This document shows, in pieces, positions 16,142 to 25,957 of a DNA stretch of 58,890 bases. The number at the start of each line of letters is the position of its first letter. Position 1 is the first letter of the stretch. This DNA comes from a virus (Duplodnaviria > Caudoviricetes). The stretch spans positions 1-58,890 of the IMG/VR virus record IMGVR_UViG_3300032236_000503. One strand, given 5' to 3'. The notes under the pieces were generated by a model. The model worked only from the letters and a program-made list of their open reading frames with translations. It was not told the origin of the DNA and made no database searches. A program made the translations under genes and the position numbers.

Positions 16142-18838
16142 ATGGCTACTAACATGGATAAGAGTTTGTATCAGGCCCCGCAAGGGATTGAGCAGGGTGA
16201 GCCTATTGAGATTGAGGTAGTAAACCCCGAGGAGCTACATATCCATGCAGGGCCATTGGATATTCATTTGGGTAAAGAAGAAGAAGATAATTTTGATGCT
16301 AACTTGGCAGATGAAATCCCGGAAAACCAATTGCAGACCATTGCAAGTGATTTGTCAAGCGATATTGACAACGACAAAGGTAGCCGTGCGGATTGGGAGA
16401 AAGCTTACACCGAGGGTTTAAAGCTAATGGGTCTTCAGTACGAAGAACGCACGGAGCCGTGGAATGGAGCATCCGGTGTATTTCACCCAATGATTACTGA
16501 AGCAGTTGTAAGGTTCCAGTCAGAAACCATTACGGAGATGTTCCCTGCTGCGGGGCCTGTACGTACAAAAATTATTGGAATAGAGACCCCGGAGAAGAAG
16601 CAAGCAGCTCAGCGTGTTGAAGAAGACATGAACTATGAGCTGACTGAGGTCATGCGTGAGTTTCGCCCCGAGCAAGAGCGGATGCTGTGGAGCCTGCCTG
16701 CTACCGGCTCTGCATTCAAAAAGGTTTACTTCGATCCCAATTTAAACCGCCAAGTGTCCATGTTTATCCCCGCAGAGGATATTCTTCTTCCCTACGGAGC
16801 AACGGATTTGGATACGTGTCACCGCATTACCCATGTGATGCGTAAGACAAAGAACGAAATTATCAAGTTGCAGAACGCTGGGTTTTACATTGAGTGCGAC
16901 TTACCAGATCCGCAGCGTGAAACCACCAACATCCAAAAAGCAAAAGACAGCGAGACCGGCTTTCGGGACATGAATGATGACCGCTACACGCTGTATGAAA
17001 CGCACGTGGATTTGGACATTGAAGGCTATGAAGATGAAGACAGCGAAGGGGTGACCGGCATTGCGTTACCTTATGTAGTCACAATGATTAAGGGAACCAA
17101 CACCGTATTGTCCATTCGCAGGAATTGGCTGCAAGACGATAAGCTGAAGTTGAAGCGCCAGCACTTTGTTCACTACCAATACATCCCCGGTTTTGGTGCT
17201 TACGGGTTTGGTTTGTTCCACCTTATTGGTGGGTTTGCAAAATCTGCCACAAGCATCATGCGTCAATTGGTTGATGCAGGTACGCTGTCCAACCTTCCGG
17301 GCGGTTTGAAATCCCGTGGTCTGCGTATTAAAGGTGATGACACCCCAATCGCTCCCGGAGAATTCCGCGATGTAGACATTGGATCCGGCGCATTGCGGGA
17401 CAACATCTTACCGCTACCTTACAAAGAGCCAAGCCAAGTTTTGTACACCCTGCTCAACAACATTGTTGAGGAAGGTCGCCGCTTTGCTGCTACCGCTGAT
17501 ATGCAGATCAGTGACATGTCCAGCCAAGCGCCGGTAGGCACTACCCTTGCTCTGTTGGAGCGTCAGCTTAAAGTTATGTCCGCCGTGCAAGCTCGGCTGC
17601 ATTACTCATTTAAACAAGAGCTGCGTTTGCTCGCGGAAATCATTCGGGATGATTCACCATCCGACTATGATTACGACCCCGATACAGCAGACCGCAGCGC
17701 CAAGAAAAGTGATTATCAACATGTAGACATCATCCCAGTTAGCGACCCCAATGCAGCAACATTGAGCCAAAGGGTCGTTCAGTACCAAGCGGTTATGCAG
17801 ATGGCTCAATCTGCGCCCAATATTTATAACATGCCGCAGTTACACCGGAACATGTTGGAGATTTTGGGCATTAAAAACCCCGACAAGCTTGTTCCTCTGC
17901 CAGAAGATGAGACCGTAACCGACCCCGTTACGGAAAACATGAACGTGTTGAAAGGGGTTCCGTTAAAGGCATTCCTTAACCAAGATCATCAATCTCATAT
18001 TGCTGTGCATATGGGACTGCTGAAAGACCCAATTGTCCAGCAACTCATTGGACAAAACCCGCAAGCACAAGCTATTCAGGCCGCGCTTATGGCTCACATT
18101 GCAGAGCATACGGGTTATCAGTACCGCAAACAAATTGAAACCCAGTTGGGTATGTCTTTGCCAGCGGACGATGATGATCTTGATCCGCAGATTGAATATG
18201 CACTGTCCGGCATGTTGGCACAGGCCAGCCAACAGGCGCTGCAAATTAACCAACAGCAAGCCCAACAGCAGCAGGCCCAACAGCAAGCCCAAGATCCAAT
18301 GGTGCAAATGCAGCAGCAACAGCTTCAAATGCAACAGCAGGAACTGCAACTCAAAGCCCAGCAAATGCAGCAGGAATTCCAGCTTGAGCAGCAAAAATTG
18401 CAGCTTGAGGCGCAAAAAATCCAGCTAAATGACCGTTTAAACAATCAAAAATTGTCTCTTACGGCGCAGGAAAAAGCCAAAGATGCGCAGTTAAAAGAGG
18501 CGGAATTGCGGGCAAAAATGCAGTTGGAAGGAACAAAACTGGGCAATAACGTGCGCCGGGATCAGTCTCAGCATGATATGCAACGCAACCAAATGAAATC
18601 ACAAACCGCATTGCAGATTGCAAAACAAAAAGCTGAACAGCAACGTGAAGGCATGAAGATGGGAATTGATGTTGCCCGTAGCAAAGCCGAGCATGAGCAT
18701 GAAAAAGCCAAAACGATGATTGACATCGCAAAACACCGCGCAACACAAGAGCAAGGCGTTGCAGACAAAGAACATGAGTTTAAACAATCACTCATGCAAT
18801 CAGCACAAAAGATTGTTCCACCAAAGGATGAAGAATGA
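16142..18838 (+). CDS. portal protein with long Q-rich coiled-coil C-terminus
   Basis: position after TerL; size and Q-rich barrel typical of P22-like portals. Confidence 0.85.
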   Translation: MATNMDKSLYQAPQGIEQGEPIEIEVVNPEELHIHAGPLDIHLGKEEEDNFDANLADEIPENQLQTIASDLSSDIDNDKGSRADWEKAYTEGLKLMGLQYEERTEPWNGASGVFHPMITEAVVRFQSETITEMFPAAGPVRTKIIGIETPEKKQAAQRVEEDMNYELTEVMREFRPEQERMLWSLPATGSAFKKVYFDPNLNRQVSMFIPAEDILLPYGATDLDTCHRITHVMRKTKNEIIKLQNAGFYIECDLPDPQRETTNIQKAKDSETGFRDMNDDRYTLYETHVDLDIEGYEDEDSEGVTGIALPYVVTMIKGTNTVLSIRRNWLQDDKLKLKRQHFVHYQYIPGFGAYGFGLFHLIGGFAKSATSIMRQLVDAGTLSNLPGGLKSRGLRIKGDDTPIAPGEFRDVDIGSGALRDNILPLPYKEPSQVLYTLLNNIVEEGRRFAATADMQISDMSSQAPVGTTLALLERQLKVMSAVQARLHYSFKQELRLLAEIIRDDSPSDYDYDPDTADRSAKKSDYQHVDIIPVSDPNAATLSQRVVQYQAVMQMAQSAPNIYNMPQLHRNMLEILGIKNPDKLVPLPEDETVTDPVTENMNVLKGVPLKAFLNQDHQSHIAVHMGLLKDPIVQQLIGQNPQAQAIQAALMAHIAEHTGYQYRKQIETQLGMSLPADDDDLDPQIEYALSGMLAQASQQALQINQQQAQQQQAQQQAQDPMVQMQQQQLQMQQQELQLKAQQMQQEFQLEQQKLQLEAQKIQLNDRLNNQKLSLTAQEKAKDAQLKEAELRAKMQLEGTKLGNNVRRDQSQHDMQRNQMKSQTALQIAKQKAEQQREGMKMGIDVARSKAEHEHEKAKTMIDIAKHRATQEQGVADKEHEFKQSLMQSAQKIVPPKDEE

Positions 18839-19029
18839 TTCAAGATTTTGCTCGCGTGTTAAGGGAACAAATCCGTGCAGACATGAACAACTATGCCGAT
18901 GACATGGCTGGTGGTGCTTGCAGGAGTTACGACGAGTATCAAAAACTTTGCGGTGTTATTCAGGGCCTAGCTACCGCAGAGTCTTACTTACTGGCCCTGC
19001 TGAAGAAAGTTGAAAATGAAGATGACTAA
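18835..19029 (+). CDS. hypothetical protein
   Basis: 64 aa, ATGA overlap. Confidence 0.7.
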   Translation: MIQDFARVLREQIRADMNNYADDMAGGACRSYDEYQKLCGVIQGLATAESYLLALLKKVENEDD

Positions 19030-19456
19030 CCTTATCCTGCCACCGGGGTTAACCCTACCCCCGCAAATCCAACCCACGGAAGTTCCGCCAGAAGCAGAGA
19101 CCCCAGAGGAGAAGGCGACGCTGTTGCCCGAACCCGCAGGCTATCGGTTGCTGTGCGTGGTTCCGGACGTATCGGACAAAATTTCAGGAACAAAACTGGA
19201 ATTGCTTAAAACTTCCGAAATGATTCGTTCGGAAGAACATAGCACCACCGTGCTGTTCGTAATGAAAGTAGGAGCTGATGCGTTTAAAGACGCAGCCAAG
19301 TTTCCCACCGGAGCTTGGGCAAAGGCTGGAGATTTTGTAATTGTGCGCGCTTACGCTGGCACACGTTTCAAAATTTATGGCAAGGAGTTTCGCTTGATTA
19401 ACGATGATCAAGTGGAAGCAGTTGTTGACGACCCCCGTGGCATTACCCGCGCATAA
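19022..19456 (+). CDS. GroES-like co-chaperonin
   Basis: PAGYRLL...VGADA...GDFV...YAGT...EFRLINDDQVEAVV. Confidence 0.8.
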   Translation: MTNLILPPGLTLPPQIQPTEVPPEAETPEEKATLLPEPAGYRLLCVVPDVSDKISGTKLELLKTSEMIRSEEHSTTVLFVMKVGADAFKDAAKFPTGAWAKAGDFVIVRAYAGTRFKIYGKEFRLINDDQVEAVVDDPRGITRA

Positions 19457-19465
19457 GGAGACATC

Positions 19466-20389
19466 ATGGACGAATTTAAATTCCCGGATGAAATTGAAGA
19501 CAAAAAACACAAGGGCGGTGAAGAAGAGTTTGAGATTGATATTGTTGATGACACCCCCGCACCCGACCAAGGCCGCAAGCCTTTGGACAAAGAGGTGGCA
19601 GACCCCACTGACGATGAGCTGGAGTCATATTCCGACAACGTAAAGAAACGTATTAAAGAGCTGACCCACTCTCGCCACGACGAACGCCGAGCAAAGGAAG
19701 CAACCCTGCGTGAAAAGCAGGAACTTGAGCGCCTTGCCCAGCAGCTTTTGGAAGAAAACAAAACGCTGAAAGGTTATGTAAATGAAGGCACAAAAAACTT
19801 GGCTAACACGGCTCTCAGTGCTGCTCAGGCGGAACTGGAGAAAGCTCGTAAGGAATATAAGGTAGCCCAAGAAGCATTTGATGCAGATGCTATTTTGGCT
19901 GCGCAGGAAGCACTTACGGACGCAAAATGGAAACTGGAAAGTATTAAGAACTACCGGCCTGTCCCTTTACAGACCGCAAGTGATGTGATACAACCACAAC
20001 AATTCGTTCAACAACCATCTTCACCAGACGAAAAATCCCTGCGCTGGCAGGCAAAAAACCAGTGGTTTGGAGCAGATGGGTTTGAAGAAGTTACCAGCTA
20101 TTCACTAGGGCTGCATCAAAAGCTAGTTAATTCGGGAATTGACCCGCGAAGTGATGAGTATTACGAGCAAATTGACGCTCGCGTTCGGAAAACGTTTCCC
20201 GAAATATTCGGTAAACCCGCTGTTGACAAGGTTGCAAGACCGGCTTCAGTTGTAGCTCCCGCATCGCGGTCTACGGGTTCCAAAAGAATCCAAATGACAA
20301 CGACGCAGATAGCTTTAGCACGTAAGTTTGGTTTAACCCCGCAGCAATATGCTGCACAAGTTGCAAAATTGGAGAACAACAATGGCTGA
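19466..20389 (+). CDS. probable scaffolding protein
   Basis: acidic N-terminus, coiled coil, position before the capsid genes. Confidence 0.65.
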   Translation: MDEFKFPDEIEDKKHKGGEEEFEIDIVDDTPAPDQGRKPLDKEVADPTDDELESYSDNVKKRIKELTHSRHDERRAKEATLREKQELERLAQQLLEENKTLKGYVNEGTKNLANTALSAAQAELEKARKEYKVAQEAFDADAILAAQEALTDAKWKLESIKNYRPVPLQTASDVIQPQQFVQQPSSPDEKSLRWQAKNQWFGADGFEEVTSYSLGLHQKLVNSGIDPRSDEYYEQIDARVRKTFPEIFGKPAVDKVARPASVVAPASRSTGSKRIQMTTTQIALARKFGLTPQQYAAQVAKLENNNG

Positions 20390-20831
20390 TACACGTACAT
20401 CGAGAGAAATGGTTTCCCGTGAGAAGACAGTGCGCTATGAATACAAACCTTCAAGTACATTGCCCGATCCAAATCCTATACCGGGGGTGAAGTTTCGCTG
20501 GGTAGCAACTCACATCCTTGGTCAGGCAGACCCCACCAATGTGTCCCGCAAAATGCGTGACGGGTGGGAACCGGTTAAAGCGAGCGACCATCCCGAACTG
20601 ATGGTGCAAGGCAACGCAAGTGGTAACGTTGAAATTGGAGGATTGATGCTATGCAGAAACTCCGACGAACAAGTTAATGCTATTGGCGCATATTATGCTA
20701 AGCAAAACAACGCTCAAATGGAGTCAGTAGATAACAACTTCATGCGGGACAATGACCCCCGTATGTCGAAGTTTTCGGAACGTAAATCGTCCAGTACCAA
20801 AGGAACTGTCTTTGGTAGTGGTGGTAATTAA
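20382..20831 (+). CDS. head-module hypothetical protein
   Basis: GGAG RBS; FRWV...GWEPV motif. Confidence 0.7.
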   Translation: MADTRTSREMVSREKTVRYEYKPSSTLPDPNPIPGVKFRWVATHILGQADPTNVSRKMRDGWEPVKASDHPELMVQGNASGNVEIGGLMLCRNSDEQVNAIGAYYAKQNNAQMESVDNNFMRDNDPRMSKFSERKSSSTKGTVFGSGGN

Positions 20832-20845
20832 ACATAGGAGTTTTT

Positions 20846-21688
20846 ATGGCATATCCTACGGTCTCGGCCCCCTACGGTCTAAAGCCAATCAATTTGATTG
20901 GTGGGCAGGTATTTGCGGGTTCCACTCGCAATATTCCTATTCAATATGGTGAAGCTACAGCTATCTATTACGGAGATTTCGTAAAGGTAGCCCAAGGTTT
21001 TGCTCAACGTCTGTCGGTTTCTACCGGTGGTGGCGCGGCAGGTATGGTCGGGGTTTTCCTTGGCTGTTCCTACACCAACCCAAGCACTGGCCAGAAAATT
21101 TTCTCGCAGTATTGGCCCGCTTCGACGCTGGCAGGTGACGCACAAGCTATCGTTTGTGATGACCCTGACACCGTGTTTAAAGCGGTTGTTTGCTCGTCCG
21201 GCACCACTGTGGCTTCGGGCAGCTATGCAATGGTTGGTCAAAACTACCAGATGATTAACACCACTGGCAGCAACACCACCGGCAATTCGTCCAACGCTCT
21301 GTTGTACTCTGCAACTTTGACCACCAGCACCTTCCCGATGCGTGTGGTTGGCGTGGTTCCTGATACTGCAAGCGCTGTTTCCGCAACCGGTAGCTCTAGC
21401 TCCACGACCATTACCTTGACCGGTTCTGGCCTGCCTAGCGCTATTGTTGCTGGTACTGACGTGTCGTATATCGCTTCCAACGGTCAAACTGTCCGTACCG
21501 GTTCGTTTGTAACCACCGCAGCTTCTGCCGGTGCTACCAGCGTCACCATCAACGTGGCAACGACTTCGTTGGGATTGACTGCAACGACTATCCCGTCTAG
21601 CTCAACCATTGTGTTTACTCAAATTCCGGAAATGTTGGTGAAAATCAACTTCGGTATCCATGAGTATTACACCGCAACCGCCGTATAA
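20846..21688 (+). CDS. putative capsid decoration/minor head protein
   Basis: PYGLKP N-terminus, beta-rich, immediately before MCP. Confidence 0.6.
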   Translation: MAYPTVSAPYGLKPINLIGGQVFAGSTRNIPIQYGEATAIYYGDFVKVAQGFAQRLSVSTGGGAAGMVGVFLGCSYTNPSTGQKIFSQYWPASTLAGDAQAIVCDDPDTVFKAVVCSSGTTVASGSYAMVGQNYQMINTTGSNTTGNSSNALLYSATLTTSTFPMRVVGVVPDTASAVSATGSSSSTTITLTGSGLPSAIVAGTDVSYIASNGQTVRTGSFVTTAASAGATSVTINVATTSLGLTATTIPSSSTIVFTQIPEMLVKINFGIHEYYTATAV

Positions 21689-21701
21689 GGAGTAACATAC
21701 T

Positions 21702-22613
21702 ATGGCTATTTCACGCGCCCAGCTACTCAAAGAGTTGCTCCCCGGACTTAACGCTTTGTTTGGTCTGGAATATGCCCGCTACGGCGAAGAGCATAAAGAA
21801 ATCTACGAAACCGAAACTTCGGAACGTAGCTTTGAAGAAGAAACCAAACTGTCCGGTTTCTCTGCTGCACCTGTTAAGAACGAGGGTTCTGCCCTTGCTT
21901 ATGACAATGCGCAGGAAGCATGGACTGCCCGCTATAACCACGAAACCATCGCTTTGGGTTTTTCGATTACCGAAGAGGCAATTGAAGATAACCTGTACGA
22001 CAGCCTGTCTGCTCGCTACACCAAAGGTTTGGCCCGTGCTATGGCATATACCAAGCAAGTTAAAGCAGCTTCCATTTTGAACAATGGTTTCTCTGCTGGC
22101 TATGTTGGTGGTGATGGCGTTTCTTTGTTCAACACTGCTCACCCGCTGGTAAACGGTGGAACCAACGGCAATACACCTTCTACGCAGACTGACCTTAACG
22201 AGACTTCCTTGGAAGCCGCCGTTATTGCCATCGCTGCTTGGACGGACGAGCGTGGCCTGCTGATTGCAGCTAAGCCCCGCAAGCTGATTGTTCCCCCGTC
22301 ACTGATGTTCGTTGCTACTCGTTTGCTGGAAACCGAACTGCGCGTCGGCACCAACAACAACGATATCAACGCACTGAAGAACAACGGTTCGATTCCTGAA
22401 GGCTACACCGTCAATCACTTCTTGACCGACGTTAACGGCTGGTTCTTGACCACCGACGTTCCCAACGGCTTGAAGCACTTTGAGCGTGTCCCCCTCCAGA
22501 ACTCGATGGACGGCGACTTTGATACCGGCAACGTCCGTTACAAGTCCCGCGAGCGTTATAGCTTTGGTTGGTCGGATCCTCTGGGCATCTACGGAAGCTC
22601 CGGAGCCTACTAA
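21702..22613 (+). CDS. major capsid protein
   Basis: MAISRAQLLKELLPGLNALFG...RERYSFGWSDP; strong RBS; terminator follows. Confidence 0.88.
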   Translation: MAISRAQLLKELLPGLNALFGLEYARYGEEHKEIYETETSERSFEEETKLSGFSAAPVKNEGSALAYDNAQEAWTARYNHETIALGFSITEEAIEDNLYDSLSARYTKGLARAMAYTKQVKAASILNNGFSAGYVGGDGVSLFNTAHPLVNGGTNGNTPSTQTDLNETSLEAAVIAIAAWTDERGLLIAAKPRKLIVPPSLMFVATRLLETELRVGTNNNDINALKNNGSIPEGYTVNHFLTDVNGWFLTTDVPNGLKHFERVPLQNSMDGDFDTGNVRYKSRERYSFGWSDPLGIYGSSGAY

Positions 22614-22628
22614 GCACTAGCTTGAAAG

Positions 22629-22651
22629 AGGCCCCTTCGGGGGCCTTTTTT
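22629..22651 (+). terminator. intrinsic terminator
   Basis: AGGCCCC-TTCG-GGGGCCT plus T-run. Confidence 0.9.
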
Positions 22652-22656
22652 ATTGG

Positions 22657-22771
22657 TTGCATGTAGTTTAAATACATGCTATATTGCCTGCATCTGGGTG
22701 ATTGTTTTTACCGCCACTGCCCCAGCAGACGATGCAACGATTGGTAAAAACGCTTTTGCATAAGGACTTAT
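22657..22771 (+). promoter_or_regulatory. sigma70 promoter plus structured 5' leader
   Basis: TTGCAT-17-TATATT; leader helices described in findings. Confidence 0.6.
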
Positions 22772-23470
22772 ATGGCACGTTCCACTTTTGAAGGCCCCGT
22801 ACTTGCGGGCGACCAACGTTTTGGCGCACTTCGTAACGTAGGTTACGCTGGGCTTGTTCAAGACGCTTACATTGATCTTTCCAATACCACTTTGGGAACT
22901 AACGGTTATTCCGGCGGTTCGGGGCAGTATGTTTTTGCCAACGGTATCCCTAACGTAGCAGGACAACTGTATACCCCTTCGACAAGCTATCCTGCAACTA
23001 CTACAACTCCTCCCACGGACGTTAGCACACAGGTTTATCGCGGCGTAATTTTTTATCTGCCCGTTGGCTCCACAATTCAAGATGTCACCATTGACTATTT
23101 GAGCGCAATTACCGGCGAGAGCGGAGCAACTCTGTCCGACGTGAGCGTGTTTGTTTCTAACGCAACCACTGCTGCTGGTGGAACTCCTGTGTATGCATCT
23201 ACGCAGTTGGGAACCACGACTGTTGGTACTGCTGGCCGTAAAACCACCAGCTACACTGCAACTAACTTGATTAACATGCTGGCTACTACAACTGACGTTG
23301 TAATTGGCGGAAATCAACCTGCTGTGTCACAAGTAGTGTTTACACTGTCAATCACCGGCACTTCTGTGGCGGCCCCGACTGGCGGCAAGTTCAACTTCAC
23401 TCTGCGCTATACCCAGCCGGACAATAACATCGGTTCTACTACGACTTACCCCTACGGTAACTTCGACTGA
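22772..23470 (+). CDS. putative virion structural protein
   Basis: T/G/S-rich beta protein after MCP; AAGGA RBS. Confidence 0.7.
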   Translation: MARSTFEGPVLAGDQRFGALRNVGYAGLVQDAYIDLSNTTLGTNGYSGGSGQYVFANGIPNVAGQLYTPSTSYPATTTTPPTDVSTQVYRGVIFYLPVGSTIQDVTIDYLSAITGESGATLSDVSVFVSNATTAAGGTPVYASTQLGTTTVGTAGRKTTSYTATNLINMLATTTDVVIGGNQPAVSQVVFTLSITGTSVAAPTGGKFNFTLRYTQPDNNIGSTTTYPYGNFD

Positions 23471-23476
23471 TTGAAC

Positions 23477-23498
23477 GGGGGCTTCGGCCCCCTCTTTT
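23477..23498 (+). terminator. intrinsic terminator
   Basis: GGGGGC-TTCG-GCCCCC-TCTTTT. Confidence 0.8.
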
Positions 23499-23512
23499 AA
23501 GGAGCAATCATT

Positions 23513-23806
23513 ATGATGCAGACCGATGTCAAGTCAGCCCATCTAAGTGCAGCAGGTTCTTATTATGCTGGGCGCACAAGATTACGTGGGTTTATTGTTA
23601 GCCCCAAAGCAAGCACAGCAGCAACATTTGAAATAAGAGACGGCAGTTCTACAGGGGCCGTTTTGTACACAATGGATATTGCAAGCCTTGGAACGCCCAA
23701 TACTTTTTCTGTTTATGTTCCTGGTGAAGGCATCGTAGCTTCTACAGGGTTGTATCTCACGCTAAGTGCGGGTTCAGTGACAGGAATTACGGTGTTTTAT
23801 GGCTAA
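23513..23806 (+). CDS. small structural/hypothetical protein
   Basis: AAGGAG RBS, 97 aa. Confidence 0.75.
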   Translation: MMQTDVKSAHLSAAGSYYAGRTRLRGFIVSPKASTAATFEIRDGSSTGAVLYTMDIASLGTPNTFSVYVPGEGIVASTGLYLTLSAGSVTGITVFYG

Positions 23807-24044
23807 GTCTCCAGCATGGACTCGCAAGGAAGGCAAAAACCCCGAGGGTGGCTTAAACGCCAAGGGGCGCGCGTCAGCCAAAAAACAAGGGATGAATTTG
23901 AAGCCTCCCCAGCCGGAAGGCGGAAGCAGGCGCGACTCCTTTTGCGCAAGGATGAGTGGTATGAAGAAGAAGCTTACCAGCGAGAAGACGGCGAAAGATC
24001 CAAATTCCCGTATCAATAAATCGCTGAAAGCGTGGAACTGCTGA
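23799..24044 (+). CDS. small basic phage protein
   Basis: GGLNAKGRAS...RRDSFCARM...AWNC. Confidence 0.75.
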   Translation: MAKSPAWTRKEGKNPEGGLNAKGRASAKKQGMNLKPPQPEGGSRRDSFCARMSGMKKKLTSEKTAKDPNSRINKSLKAWNC

Positions 24045-24045
24045 C

Positions 24046-24294
24046 ATGGAAAATGTACATCTTTTATGGTCTTCCGGCCTTACAATGGCAACAGCAGTAA
24101 TTGGGTTTTTGCTCAAAGAAAAACTTAATGAGCTGACCCGGATTAACTTGTTGCTTAATAAAACCCGTGAGGAAATTGCCCGTGATTACACTACTAATGC
24201 AGAAGTTCAACGAATTACTGACCACATTGACCAACGCTTTAACAAGCTGGAAGCAAAAATTGATGAGCTACTTAAAGGGCAAAGGACAGCCTGA
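24046..24294 (+). CDS. small TM plus coiled-coil protein
   Basis: N-terminal hydrophobic segment. Confidence 0.65.
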   Translation: MENVHLLWSSGLTMATAVIGFLLKEKLNELTRINLLLNKTREEIARDYTTNAEVQRITDHIDQRFNKLEAKIDELLKGQRTA

Positions 24295-24707
24295 TGCCAA
24301 GCAGTAGCGCTAAACAACACAATTTCATGGCTGCGATAGCCCATTCGCCATCGTTTGCTAAGAAAGTAGGAGTCCCGCAATCGGTGGGCAAAGACTTTAA
24401 CGCGGCAGACAAGGGCCGTACTTTTTCAAAAGGAAACGATATGATGAAGAAAATGGCAAAAGGTGGAGACACTATCCACCATCACTTGGCTGCACACCAT
24501 ATGAAAGAAGCAGCCAAGCATATGAAGATGGCTGGTGGCGGTGAAACTATGGGGCCAAAATCAATGTCTTCGGACGTTGAAAAAGGCTCTAACGTCAAGC
24601 GTTCGCATGGTGAACACGGAATTCAAAAGAGCGGTCATACTCGCGCTCTGGAAGAGAAGATGCCCGGTAGCACTACCGGTGTGCGTCGTGGCGGTAAGGT
24701 TAAATAA
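24294..24707 (+). CDS. basic His/Lys-rich protein
   Basis: MPSSSAKQHNFMAA...; GG motifs. Confidence 0.7.
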   Translation: MPSSSAKQHNFMAAIAHSPSFAKKVGVPQSVGKDFNAADKGRTFSKGNDMMKKMAKGGDTIHHHLAAHHMKEAAKHMKMAGGGETMGPKSMSSDVEKGSNVKRSHGEHGIQKSGHTRALEEKMPGSTTGVRRGGKVK

Positions 24708-24716
24708 GGAGCTATT

Positions 24717-24908
24717 ATGAAAATGGATCACCCTCCCCTTATGAAGGAAGAATCTCCTTCGCATCGTATCCATCCAGAGCATATCGAACACCACCACGGT
24801 GGCGATGGACACAAGCAGCACCATGAGCATTACAAGGCTCACTCTGCTGGTCACAAACTCCACCACGAGCATGTCAAAACCATGTGCGGTGGCGGCAAAG
24901 TTAAATAA
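24717..24908 (+). CDS. His-rich small protein
   Basis: AAGGAG RBS; 16 His in 63 aa. Confidence 0.7.
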   Translation: MKMDHPPLMKEESPSHRIHPEHIEHHHGGDGHKQHHEHYKAHSAGHKLHHEHVKTMCGGGKVK

Positions 24909-24917
24909 GGAGTCAAT

Positions 24918-25163
24918 ATGCCCCGCGTAGATCCCCGTGTAGCAGCAATGCTTGCAGCCAAAATGGCTGGCCCCCGTCGCCCAATGCCTCCGGGTATGGC
25001 CGCTCCCGCAATGCCTCCCGGCGCTATGCCTCCTCCCGGAGGTATGCCTCCCCCGGGCATGAAGCGTGGTGGCAAAACCAAAAAAATGGCTGCTGGTGGC
25101 TCTGCTTCCGCCCGCGCCGATGGTATTGCTGCACGCGGAAAAACAGTCGGCAAGATTTGCTAA
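24918..25163 (+). CDS. Pro/Met-rich basic small protein
   Basis: AAGGAG RBS; RADGIAARGKT C-terminus. Confidence 0.7.
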   Translation: MPRVDPRVAAMLAAKMAGPRRPMPPGMAAPAMPPGAMPPPGGMPPPGMKRGGKTKKMAAGGSASARADGIAARGKTVGKIC

Positions 25164-25166
25164 GCC

Positions 25167-25442
25167 ATGATGGCGAGCCGTGGCATGGGGGATATTTCCC
25201 CCAGCAAAATGCCGGGTGGCGTTAAGAAAAAACGCCGCGACGATACTGACTTCACGCAATATGCTGAAGGCGGTAAAGTAAATGCTGCGGGAAACTACAC
25301 CAAGCCCAGTTTGCGTAAGCGAATTGTGGCTCAGGTAAAAGCTGAGGCAACGCAAGGAACAGGAGCGGGACAGTGGTCAGCGCGTAAAGCACAGCTTGTA
25401 GCTAAGAAGTACAAGGCTGCTGGAGGAGGCTATCGTGATTGA
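25167..25442 (+). CDS. small basic protein
   Basis: NYTKP...GQWSARKAQL...GGGY. Confidence 0.7.
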   Translation: MMASRGMGDISPSKMPGGVKKKRRDDTDFTQYAEGGKVNAAGNYTKPSLRKRIVAQVKAEATQGTGAGQWSARKAQLVAKKYKAAGGGYRD

Positions 25443-25551
25443 ACACACCAAAGATTGCCTGCTTGAAGAAGCAGGACAGTGTACTTGCGACGCAATGACA
25501 GACGAAGAAATTGATGCTGAATTGCTCGACAAAGAGGATGCGGAAAAGTGA
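25435..25551 (+). CDS. 38-aa acidic Cys-containing peptide
   Basis: manual translation from GTG; overlaps both neighbours. Confidence 0.45.
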   Translation: MIEHTKDCLLEEAGQCTCDAMTDEEIDAELLDKEDAEK

Positions 25552-25781
25552 AAGCACCGCAGCAATCCCTAAAAGCTTGGGGTGACCAAAAATGGCGCAC
25601 TAAGTCGGGAAAGCCATCGTCAAAAACAGGTGAGCGATACCTCCCTGAAGCTGCCATAAAGTTTTTGTCCCCTGCCGAGTATGCTGCAACCACCAAAGCC
25701 AAACGCGCAGGTAAAGCGGCAGGTAAACAATTTGTAGCCCAACCCAAAAGCATTGCAAGTAAAACCGCGAGGTACAGATAA
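25548..25781 (+). CDS. small basic protein
   Basis: QQSLKAWGDQKWRTKSG...ERYLP. Confidence 0.7.
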   Translation: MKAPQQSLKAWGDQKWRTKSGKPSSKTGERYLPEAAIKFLSPAEYAATTKAKRAGKAAGKQFVAQPKSIASKTARYR

Positions 25782-25957
25782 TGGCTGAAAAATGGATTCA
25801 AAAGGCGATTAAAAAACCCGGCGCATTACGTGCATCTCTGGGCGTAAAAGGCGACCAGCCCATCCCCGCTAAAAAACTTGCTAAAGCTGCGCAGGCTCCG
25901 GGTAAGATGGGGCAACGCGCACGTCTGGCTCAGACCCTAAAAAGCCTTAAAAAATAA
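25781..25957 (+). CDS. 58-aa basic protein
   Basis: manual translation MAEKWIQKAIKKPGALR...RARLAQTLK; TAATG overlaps at both ends. Confidence 0.7.
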   Translation: MAEKWIQKAIKKPGALRASLGVKGDQPIPAKKLAKAAQAPGKMGQRARLAQTLKSLKK

